64,000 nucleotides of DNA, from NCBI GenBank assembly GCA_010093815.1, contig ML996575.1. The stretch is one strand, 5' to 3'. The DNA is from Pseudovirgaria hyperparasitica. Taxonomy: Eukaryota. The notes under the pieces are model-generated. The model did no database searches and was not told the origin of the DNA. It saw nothing but the letters and a program-made list of their open reading frames with translations. Below, piece after piece: positions 27,191 to 38,271 of this stretch. Within the stretch, counting starts at the first letter, position 1. Each line of letters begins with the position of its first letter. Made by a program: the position numbers and the translations under genes.

Positions 27191-28314
27191 ATGGCTAATT
27201 CAGGCTTCACTACCCGCAAGATTGGGGCTCCAAATACATTGGAGCACCGCATCTACCTCGAAAAAGATGGCGTCCCAGTCTCTCCTTTCCATGATATTCC
27301 ACTGTACGCCAATGAGCAACAGACCGTACTGAACATGATCGTTGAGGTCCCTCGATGGACCAATGCGAAGATGGAAGTAAGTTCACACGTCCCTGACTCT
27401 CTGATAGCACCTGTTCCTACTCTAATAATGCTCCATATCGTACAATAGCTAATGCCGCTTGTGTACAGATCTCCAAGGAAGAGCACTTGAACCCCATCAA
27501 GCAAGACACCAAGAAGGGCAAACTTCGATTTGTTCGCAACTGCTTCCCTCACAAGGGCTACCTTTGGAACTACGGTGCATTTCCTCAGGTACGGAGCCTT
27601 GGCGGGAGATTACCAAGAGTCGGCAAGGCTGATCAATGTACAGACCTGGGAAGACCCCAATGTCACACACCCTGAGACTAAGGCTAAAGGCGATAATGAT
27701 CCCTTGGACGTTTGCGAGATCGGTGAACTTGTCGCCAAGCCAGGTGACATCAAGCAGGTCAAGATTCTCGGTGTCATGGCCTTGTTGGACGAAGGCGAGA
27801 CTGACTGGAAGATTATCGTCATTGATGTCAACGACCCATTGGCACCAAAGCTCAACGACATTGAGGATGTCGAAAGACACCTTCCAGGCCTGCTCCGTGC
27901 CACCAACGAGTGGTTCCGCATCTACAAGATCCCCGATGGCAAGCCCGAGAACCAGTTTGCCTTTTCCGGTGAATGCAAGAATATGAAGTGAGACATCATA
28001 TCTGGAGGCAACCTACAGTCGCTAATCAAGCGCAGATACGCTACAGACATTGTTCGGGAATGTGCTGAGGCTTGGGAGCGACTTATCACCGGAAAGACTA
28101 ACCGAGGAGAGATCTCTCTGTAAGCGTTCCACCCTTACGTCTCTGATATGAATACTAATGCTACTATCAAAGCGCAAACAGTACCGTTCCTCACTCCCCC
28201 GACCGCACAGATACCACGAAGAGTCCAATTGCCGCAGGCGAGAACAAGGCTCCAGCCCCAATAGACCCAAGTATTGACAAGTGGTTCTTCATTTCTGGAG
28301 CTCCCTCGGCTTAA
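27191..28314 (+). CDS. IPP1: Soluble inorganic pyrophosphatase (family I)
   Basis: Exons 27191-27376, 27469-27588, 27644-27987, 28036-28119, 28173-28314. Motifs [42 protein letters not shown] and IDKWFFIS. Confidence 0.97.
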
Positions 28315-28542
28315 AGGACACGCAATGGTATGTCGACCAGTTAGCACAATATTGATCACACAACGCGGCTTTAGAAGTCAAGCATTGGCGAGCTTCAATA
28401 TTTCACGACCTCTTGTTGGCCCGTACTAAAATAAGTGTACGCATGGTATAGACAAAATAAAATGCATTGCAACCAGATCCAAACTCCTGCCATGACCGTG
28501 AAAATACCTGCTGGTGGAATGTACCCTTCCGCCACTTTATAT

Positions 28543-28886
28543 TTACCCAGCCAGTTCGTCCTTTCTTGCAAGTGTCCGTGAATGTCTGTCAAGCTCCGCA
28601 ACCACATCATTGGCCTTAAGCTTTGATAAGTCAAGATCTATCGTCTTCCCATCCTCTGCAGCTATGATAAGCTTCATGGTTACTATGTGTGAACGGAACA
28701 TCACGTACTGAAGGTGACGGACAGCGTGGGCTTCTCTTTGCTCAGTCTCGGCAATACGGTCATGTTGATTTTCATCCTCGAGTGCGCAGTAGGAGGGAGC
28801 AATGTGAGAAAGTTTCGTGCCGCTCGCGATGTCGGGTAGAAGGGGTTGAAACGCGTAGTAACAGAGGTTATGTATGCGGTCAACAT
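28543..28886 (-). CDS. MRPL44: Mitochondrial large-subunit ribosomal protein mL53 (L44 family)
   Basis: MLTAYITSVTTRFNPFYPTSRAARNFL...PTLSVTF|KDGKTIDLDLSKLKANDVVAELDRHSRTLARKDELAG. Intron 28656-28708. Confidence 0.9.
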
Positions 28887-29194
28887 ATTTTGTGTGAATG
28901 CTGGAGGTATTGGGCTGCTTAGTTTCAGATTTGGTTGCATCTATGATTCGGGTCCAAATGAAACTCACGAGTGGCGAACAAGTATTGCGAGCTTGAGACA
29001 AGGCGAGCAATGTGAATTTGATACTGAAAGGAAATACAGTTGCATGCCTCAGTGCTTCAGTGGCGCTGCGGCCGAACATCGGGGAGTGTGCTAATTAGTT
29101 TTAGTCGACAGACAGCCACTTCTGACGCCACACGATCGTGATTATCGTTTCCCCCAGTTTTGGCTGTCGTCATAATTTTTTTACCCACTTCGAA
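28887..29194. promoter_or_regulatory. Short bidirectional promoter (MRPL44 / SEC20)
   Basis: Head-to-head start codons 308 bp apart. Confidence 0.6.
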
Positions 29195-30525
29195 ATGACA
29201 TCGACTCTCTCCTCTAAGCTCACGACCCTCTCGGAATCAAACAAAACGATCAGCACACTCGTACATCGCCTTGGCAAACTCAACTTCCAACCTGGCTCAA
29301 CTCCACTACACGGAGACGAAGGTGACGTCCGGGTTGAATTAAGTTCAGAAATCCACGACAACTTAAAGCAACAAGAAGAGGAACTCGAGCTTCTGAAACA
29401 AGAAGTAGAAGACGTATCAGCAGGTTCGAGAGCCCCTAATAAACGAAGAGATAGTGAAAAGAACCGTGACAAAGCCCGACTGGTGGTGCAAGTTGCAAGA
29501 CTCGAAGAGGATCTCAAGAAGTATGTAAATACGCTGCATAGTATCTGAGTAACCGTACTAATCAACCATATAGTCTAAGGAGCCAATTCAGACAGGCACA
29601 GCTTCAAGCAAAGAGGAACGCGGAGCAAGCTAAACAGAAGGAGCGCCAACTACTATTTTCAGGAATCAAGGAAGGCAATATAACGCCTAAAGGTAGCCGA
29701 AAGCGAGGACAAGAAAAACTATCTGCAGACGATCTTCTTGTAGGCTCGTCCAGCGACGTGACAACAGCACTGCGGCGAACACATCAGTTGATGAGATCGG
29801 AACTCTCACGCTCTAGATTTGCACAAGAGACGTTGGAAGAATCAACAGCGGCACTTCAGGATCTTGGTGAGCGGTACGGATCTCTCGACGACCTTCTCTC
29901 GACTTCAAAGAACCTTGTCGTAACTCTTCTCAAATCACAAAAGAGCGACACTTGGTATCTTGAAACAGCTCTTTACATTCTCATTACAACTATTGTTTGG
30001 CTAGTCTTCCGACGCTTTCTATACGGTCCTCTCTGGTGGTTTGTCTGGCTTCCGGTGAAGCTAGTATACAAAGTTTTTTATTTTGGGGGATCGTCGCTGG
30101 GATTGGTAGGCAGTGCAACAACAACGGCGATAGTATCAACATCGACACGCAAACCACTCATTATCAAGCCAAGCGCTACGGATCGCCCGCCGCGACGAGT
30201 GCAGGACCAACAGAACATAGAGTACTATCGAAGGGGAAACGGTGGTATAGCTGTAGGTGCAGGAGGTCGAGGAGCAAAAGTAGCCCCCAGTGATCCCAGT
30301 CCAGACGGAAGCATGTCACAGAAAGTAGGACAGATGGCCGAGGCTGCTAAAGCGGCCGTCAGTAGTAACAGCCAGGAAAATAAACCAGACGACCCGCAGC
30401 CAAAGCAAGCAGAGAGAGGCGATGGACAATCCCTCGAGGACACTGACAAGCCCAGGAATCCTAAGAAGCGTATGTTCGAGGCCAACGTGGAAGACGACAA
30501 ACATACTAAAAAGGATGAATTATGA
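29195..30525 (+). CDS. SEC20: ER t-SNARE Sec20
   Basis: Intron 29521-29573. Sec20 domain SSDVTTALRRTHQLMRSELSRSRFAQETL...KSQKSDTWYLETA, transmembrane segment ILITTIVWLVFRRFLYGPLWW, luminal tail ending KDEL. Confidence 0.92.
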
Positions 30526-31524
30526 TCGACGCTGTTGTTTATCATATGCAGACTGTATCGACCCCATGTCCAAACATTATTACCAATTCCGCTCCATGAT
30601 AGCTGTACGTTTTAAGCTGTTCATTCTAACGCAACTGATAGTGACTGCAAAATTGTGCTTTGTCAGGCCATGACGAGTTCCTCTCCAATGTCTCATTTCC
30701 CGCGGCTCGACTGGGGCATTCCATGGATACCAGTATCAATATGCAAATAGATGAAGCCAGAGCTAGCCAACCCGGGATCATTACCACTAAATTCGAAGTT
30801 GGACTCGGACAAAAGTCCAATCACCGAACAAAGGCCCCATTCAGATAGTTCGAGTGTGGCCAGTCAAGGAAAGAACCAGAGCAAGACAACAACACAGACA
30901 TTGCCACATCACGGTGTAACATATTAGCCAAATGCACTAACAATTTTGCATACCGCCATGCCGCATCGAGCGTGGTATTTCACACGGAATCCTGGCATAG
31001 ATTGCACCATAGCGACTATGTTTTCTCAGACCACCATCAGACACACATGCTCGGCCCTTGGTATCTTCCATTAGTGTGAACGGCTATGCTAATGTTCCCT
31101 GCATAGGCATGCATGTCTTAGCGCACGAATCAGTGTCTAGATTTTACACGTAATTAGTAGAACTTCAAGGTTCCGGATATAACCAGAAAATTTCGTGGCT
31201 GAACAACTCGTGTGGCATGGCATAGGGTTTTGTTGGTCTGGTGGATGCGTCAACGGCACTCGGCATCTCATAAACTTCAAAGAGTCTACCTCTATTCGCC
31301 ATGGTAACGACCAATACATGACTGATTGATAGACGATGTCCATGAAGTTCTCTCTATTCCGTATGATTTGAGGACTGAAGCTCGAATGGTCAACAATTCG
31401 AATATATCTTGAGTTATTAAAAAGGCTATAATGCGCAGCTATTACTACTGTTTGTCTGATCTTGTGGCTACACTGACACATGATTGCGAAACTATCACTT
31501 ACTAACGATCAACATTAGGCTCTC

Positions 31525-32938
31525 TTAGCTGCCCTTCAGCAATAGCTGCTTCTCTTTCTTCAAATTTTCAATCACCTCGACAGGCACCTTCAATACCGTC
31601 GCCGCTATATCATGAGGCGTCAGCGCAAGCCATTGCGTCAACGAAATATCAGCAACTCGCTCGCTCTTGTAGATCTCAATCCAGACCAGCTCCTCAGTGT
31701 CGGACGTGTTCTCAATGTAATGCCCACTGTTGTCCGGGAACACAGCCGTGTCACCAGCCGAGAAGTCGAACGTACGAGCATTCGAGTTTCCAATGAACAC
31801 CGAGGCCCGCGCGTGGCCTTGGTGGAAATACAACCATTCCTCAGCCTGTTACCCTTAGTGATTGTTCACGGCCACATCTGGAGACAGGAGACTTACATTC
31901 GGATGCCAATGCAACTCACGGAGACCACCCGGCTCCAATGTGACAATAGCCGCGGCGATTGTCTTTGCAATAGGAAAAGTCGTACTGTCAACCTTGCGGA
32001 AGGTACCTCCTTGGCCCGGCACGGCCTCCAGCTCGTGGTCCTGTGAGTGGTACACGTACGAGCTGTTCCCGACAAGCGCGCCAGCGGGACCAGTGATGTT
32101 CTGCTGCGTGCTCACGGTACCGTTGGTGATGTACGGGAAGGGACTTGGCACACTGTTAAAAACGGTCTCGTTAACGCCGAAGTTCTTCGCGAGGATCGAC
32201 TTGGGTGTGTGACTGATCCAGTCATCGATCATGAACGTTGTTCTACAGCGTGTCAGTTAGGACGACTCGCGACAATATATTCAGCTCGGGCTGTAACGAA
32301 AACTGCATACCCGACTTTCTCAAAGTCCCCATCGTCGAAAATAACCAGAAACTCATTCGCATCTTCCAGTCCCTGAATCGAGTGCGCCTGGCCCTTGGGG
32401 AAATACCAGATATCGCCGACCTCAAGCGTATCGACCTCATACTTGCCCTCCTCGTTGACAGCAGAGATTATGAAGCTCCCTGCGTAAACGTAGCCCCATT
32501 CCGCGGTGCGGTGCCAATGCAACTCGCGAATAGCACCCTTGTTCAAATGCACCTGGGCACCGGCAATGTCATGACTCGCGGGCAAGTCGTTGATGACCTG
32601 CTCGCGCACCCAGCCGCCATTGAAGATACGGGTCTTGGAGTCTGAGAACGACCATTTGAGGTTTGGCACGAAGCCAGCATCGGTACTTTGTTGTCCTAGG
32701 TTGGAAGGATTTTGCAGGTCCAGCTCTTTGTTTGTGCCGCCTGGTCTGCTGTCAGTCACTGCATCGATTGCTGTGTCGGATACGCACCTGAGATGATGCC
32801 TCCTTTTCCTTGACCATTGATGGGCTGGCCATTCTCGAACTGAGGATTATTGAAGCCGTTCTGACGCTTGTCAATGGTTGCTGCACTGCAGACTGATGCT
32901 GTCGCAGCGAGTACCGCTGTGAACAAGGGGAGCTGCAT
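31525..32938 (-). CDS. oxdC: Secreted bicupin, oxalate decarboxylase family
   Basis: Signal peptide MQLPLFTAVLAATASVCSA. NLKWSFSDS, GAIRELHWHRTAEWGYV and GLRELHWHPN|AEEWLYF give two Mn-binding cupin sites; ADISLTQWLA. Three short introns (first 32741-32787). Confidence 0.9.
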
Positions 32939-34839
32939 CTTCGACGGTGTGATTGACAAGAAGGCACAAGCTTCACACGCGGGAGGACGTGAAGCTTACT
33001 TATACACGCGCCAGATGGAGCGCTGACAAGCTTCAGTCGCGCCTCTGACGCGTTTGCAGCTACAATTGGCTTGCACATTGGCTCCCGTGAGAGGAGTGTC
33101 GACATAAGTGGAATCCAGCTCGCCATCGGCCTAGCACCGTCTGAGGATCAACATACTAGTGAATATACACTGAACTAGAGTTACGGGATACGTCCTACAA
33201 GCGGCACATGGCTTAGCAGCAATTGGAAATTGCATGTAACGCCCCTCATCAGCTGGCCTTGCTGGGCTGTATGAAGCTCTGATCGACTTGAACACGCTGA
33301 GCAAGCAACGAAAAGTCAAATCGTCCATTCTCGCAGTCTGCATATCGACCAGTCGAAATGGTCCCGAGCCCAGGGGCCACCACTAGCGAGGTAACGAGAT
33401 GCAGGAGTTACGCGTGGCGATCAGATCTACCATGTGTTCCACGGGCATATCACAATACGCCATGGCAGATGATGATGGGAGAAGGGTGAGAAGGAGGGTG
33501 GACACTTCGCCATCTCTGGGTGAAATAACGTGATGCTTGGCAGGCATCTTTTCTGGTGCTTAGAGAACTGGTCTGCATTCCCGCATCTCTTAGCTTGTCG
33601 ATCATCTGCCCGTTTGGGCGTTTGCGGCCCGCTGGGGTCTGGCTGCGTAGATCTCTTAGTTCGGGCTTGTTTCCTGGGCTAAGCTTGTTTTGATGCCCAT
33701 GTTCGCCTCTTGTACATACCTAGTAGGGGCGAACTCATTACCAGGCTGTCACAAACACAATGCACGTCTGGCTTCTGCTTCATCACCAAACTTTCGTCGC
33801 CAAGCCTATGTCGCCATCAAATGAAGAAATATCGTTTGATGCAATTTCTCAGTCCGACTGGGGTTGTGTTCCGCTTTCGGCATCGTGTTTTCCTAAACTG
33901 GTCTGTCCATGGGTATGGCTTCTCACTTTGGCTCCTCGGATGTGGGAGGATCCTGGTACGCTGCTGTTCAGATCTTCAGGTACTCCACATGCTCGACTCT
34001 ATATCGACTTCATGTGAAGGAGCTTGTATGAACGTCGAGGTTTCCGACCAGACGATGCCGTCACGGCAGCGAACAACATATCACTGTTCGACTCTTCCTC
34101 AGAGGCGAAAGATCCCCTGAACTCAAGCCGATATACATACTAATCTTCACCCGTATGTTAAAACCTTCATATGTTTATCCTTGCTCTCCTCATCTCGGGA
34201 TGCTCCCGTTAGCTTCCAACCGTACGTACGAAGGGCCGAATACACATCCGCGGTAGGATCTCGACTTCTCTTCCCGCATTGACGGATGGATGCATGCAGA
34301 GTATATCGCCTCCTGAAGATGAGCTCCACACATCCGCCACAGCTCTTTTCGACTGTCAGGTGTACCCTGTCGTTCCAAATGGGCACATATACGGTCGATC
34401 TTGATATGCTGCCAAGTCCACCGACTTCTTTTTCTAGCTTCTCTAGCAACCTCAATGGAGCATCAAATTGAGATTTGGCCGGAAGAGTAGACGGGCAAAG
34501 CCTGCTCAAAGGATATTGACACCGTCCAAACGAGTCAGCCGCTTATTTGGCATCATTATAGTACGATGATGCGATTTGTCGAAGGTATTATTCGACAATG
34601 GGACGGAAAGGTGATGTGCTGGCTTTGCATGCCCGCGATAGTCTGGAGAAGATTGTGGAAGATCGCAAGCGGCGGCAAGAGAGAGGCGAAGATTGAGGAG
34701 ACGAAAGGCTTGAGGATTGTGAATATATAAACGAAGCATATTCTGCTCATTTCTGCTCATCATCCAGAGATCAACTGAGACTACCAAGCTCCAGTCATTC
34801 CGACCACTCCTGGGGCTTCTTTGCTAAAACTTGCTCATA

Positions 34840-36302
34840 ATGCTCTCACTCTATAGTGCTGCCGTAGTTGCGGCTGTTTTCGCTACCTCCTCCGCTCTTT
34901 CTCTTCCTCCACTCATACCCTCTATCCCAGGAGTCACTGAGCCCTTGGCCTCCAACGCACCTCCTTTGCCCATTCTGCAGATCCCAACTCCTCCCCTACC
35001 TTCACCTCCTTTTACAGGAAGCAACATCAGGCCCAAGAAGATCGGATACTTCTGGACTGCTGCCGGTGACAATCAACATGCCGGTATGCCCTATCAAAAG
35101 TTTCCGAAGCTTGGACTCACCTCTGACACAATTTCACAGATTTTCTTGCCACCTACTCACTGGATGATGATACCTTTGGTACTCTGATCTGGGTCACTGA
35201 CGTCCCCAGTTCTGGCAATTCTCCTCACCACTTGGGGCCCTCTCTCGACGGCAAGACTCTCGTTGGTGGCGGCCTTCTATCCCTATTGAAGACCCAAGAC
35301 ACCGCCTTCTACTTTGACACTACCAACCCTTACCGCCCAACATTCAAGAAGTCAAATCGTGCCATCCTCGGCTCCATCACTGATGAGATCCGCGCAAAGC
35401 CTGATGGCGGCTTCTTCATCACCTACATGGGCTCTGCTGTCGGCACCAGCCCTGGCCGCCTGATCGAGACTGACAAGAACTTCGACATCATCGCCGAATG
35501 GCCCGCACTCACCGATGTCGAGTCCACCCTCAACATCCTCGGCGAGCAATTCTCTCCCCATGGCCTGTCCGTCGACTGGGACAACAACGTCATGCTCACT
35601 TCCGACTTCGTCGTACCCGTCACCATCCTCAAGCCAGCCTCTTTGCTCGGCATCCAGCGCGCAAACACGCTGCGTCTGTGGGAGCTCGACACACGCAAGA
35701 TCATCTCGACCATCACCATCCCCAACGGCGGCGGCATCCAGGACGTCAAGTTCATCCCGGGCAACAAAGAATCTGCCGCTCTCGCAACGGCCGTGCATCT
35801 CGGCCAGGTGTGGATCATCTACCCATTCCGCAAGAACGCACAGGGTGTGCAGGGCGTCGCCGAGATGCTTTTCGATCTGGGCCCCAAGGCGCGTGATACC
35901 ATTGCCATCTACTCGGACATCACCGACGACGGCAAGTTCGCCTACTTCACCCTCACCACGGCTAACCATGTTGCGGCGCTCGATATCTCGGATCTGAACA
36001 ATATCAAGCGTCTCGATGACCCGGATGAGGACCAAGGCATCGTCGGCCCGCATTACCTCAAGGTCACGCCCGACAAGAAGAACTTGCTTGTCACTGATTA
36101 CTTTGTGCAGACTGGCAGCATTGGGGTTATCAACACCCCGGCAGACTTCAAGGCGCAGTTCATTGATATCAATGATGATGGTAGCTTGAGCTTTAATCGC
36201 TCGATCAATTTCTTGGATGAGTTCGCGAACCGTGGCGGTGGCTGGCCGCACTCGGCTGTTGTGTTTGATTTGACGGATCCTAACAATCCGATCTACTACT
36301 AG
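34840..36302 (+). CDS. Secreted beta-propeller related to SBP56 / selenium-binding protein / methanethiol oxidase
   Basis: Signal peptide plus Pro-rich linker; intron 35084-35139. DFLATYSLD..FGTLI...GNSPHH resembles the SBP56 D-x-LA...GDELHH start. Repeated PH motifs SPHGL, GPHYL and GWPHS; TSDFV; LRLWEL. Family call by motif recognition only. Confidence 0.7.
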
Positions 36303-36892
36303 ACGGTTTGGGGGCAAGCGAGAGAATGCTATATCGGAGTTGTTGGGTAAGATAGACGAGTTGGATAGAAATAAGGTTGAATGTTCGGGCAAAACATATC
36401 TTCAATGACTGTCGCTTACTTTTATCATGTCTAATCTAATGCTTAATACATTGGTAAAATCGAACTATCTTTATCTTATATATCACGGTATTCACTAAAG
36501 TAGTGATTGCAATCTCAGACGATCTTCAGGTGTCCCGATGCCAACTAATGGGTAGTGGTATACGGATGAGAATATTTCAAGAAGACACCAGCATCTTGGT
36601 GGACACAGAAAGGCTGCATGGGAAGGATATATGTTCAGCATGACGCAGTCAAGATACTACGTGTACATGTACGGTCATAATTGTGTATTCTTTGCCGCGA
36701 TCTTTTTTATGGATATGTGAAGCGTGTCAGTAAGGTCAATGTATAGTCTTCGCAGTCGACAGAGCGGCTGCTGATGAACAAGGTGGTAGATGTGAAATTA
36801 TCGTCTATAACGGCTGTCAATAGGCTTTTTGTCGTATTCCTGTGATTTGCAGGTGGGTATGAACAGATCTCTACATTCCAAATCTGAGTTGA

Positions 36893-37999
36893 TCAAGCAG
36901 GAGCTGCTTCCTCTATGGTCCCGCTCTTCTCTACAGCGTCAGCAGGTCGTGTCTCAGACTCTTGCCGGTTCTGGATGATCCTCTATGAGCCGTTAGCACG
37001 CAAAAACTATTGGCTGGTCCACACAGAAACACCAACCAGGAGGTTCCTCATAAGCACAACTATTGTGACTTTTCCAATGGCCGGAACATAGATAGAGGCC
37101 TTTTGTTTCACCTCAGGAGCAAAGTTCTAGCTCGGTCAGTGATATTGGTACGTGTCACGAAGGCATGGCCTTACCTTGTCGCTCGAGAAATTGATGCACA
37201 CTGCACCTTCACGAAGGTAGTTCAGGGGTACCTTGAACTTATCTCCCGGCACACCACTGATTACGACGTCGCTCTTGGGAAGGCAATCTGCCACTGTCCA
37301 GCCTGGAAGCTCAGTCACCTCGTGTCTTTTCTTGCGCAATCCTTCCCCACGAGTGAATTGCTGCACGTCATTGATGTCGACGGAGTACACGTTTGCGCCG
37401 TCGTTTGCGAGCAGTGCTGCGAGCGGACGGCCTACGACTTCACTTCGATTGATCACTGTGATGGTGTGGCCATGAAGTCGGTTTCCATAGGGCAGGATAG
37501 TGTTGTACACCTGCAGATGCTCGAGAATTTTGATTACAGCTAGGGGCGTACAGGGCAGCACACTTTTCTTGTGCTCTGCCCCGTCCAGATAGCGGATATT
37601 CTGGTACATGTTGAACAAGTAGCGGTGAGAGAGCCCTTCGACATCCTTAGAGATGTCTACAATCTGCTGCAGATACTGGTCCTGACGGTTGCCAAAGATA
37701 GGGTAGTAGACGATGATGCCGCCGACATTCGAGTCGTGGTTGGCCTCAATAATGGCGTCTTCGAGGAGGTCGCGGTCAATTTCGCGGAGCTCGAATGCAA
37801 AGCCATTGTCTTTGAATGTCTTTGCTGTCCAGTCCGCGTATGTTCGTGCTGCTGGGTCTGCACTTGACAGAAACCCCACGAGCAGCGGAGCTTTTCCCAG
37901 CCCCTTTAGGCCATCGTTAACTTCTGCGATCAGCTTTTTGGCGACGACGTTTGCGGATACAACTTTGCAGTTCGGCGTGGCCTCCGCTGCTGCGGACAT
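36893..37999 (-). CDS. MTD1: NAD-dependent methylenetetrahydrofolate dehydrogenase
   Basis: DPAARTYADWT, GIIVYYPIF, KDVEGLSH, LPCTPLAVIKILE, INRSEVVGRPLAALLANDGA and YVPAIGKVTI. Introns 37127-37174 and 36983-37036 (GTTGGT donor). Confidence 0.95.
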
Positions 38000-38271
38000 G
38001 ATGCAGAACAATGATCCCGACTTGCTAGAGATCAATCAAATTGAGGCGAACGTCTCGCTCAAAAAGTTTTCATTTGTCCGCGCGAATGCCAAATCTCATC
38101 GATGCCCAGATTATGATTATCAGCTTTTTTCCCTCGTCAAAAATTGCCCTCATACTAAGTCCAAAAAATGTCCGTGCGCTGTGCGTCATCCGCAGGTCGC
38201 GTTTTGTGGTTTTCTGCTCAAACGTGCTGCTCTATGTCCACAGCCATGCGCCAGCTGCGACAAGACTCAGC
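38000..38271. promoter_or_regulatory. Short bidirectional promoter (MTD1 / MMS19)
   Basis: Divergent ATGs 272 bp apart. Confidence 0.6.

Noticed and set aside
27377..27468. IPP1 intron 1 with extra branch/acceptor pairs, as a possible stwintron
   Set aside because: Removing an inner intron does not regenerate a donor. Standard splicing to 27468 gives the conserved frame.
35352..36392. 346-aa antisense ORF
   Set aside because: Shadow of the codon-biased SBP56-like gene on the opposite strand.
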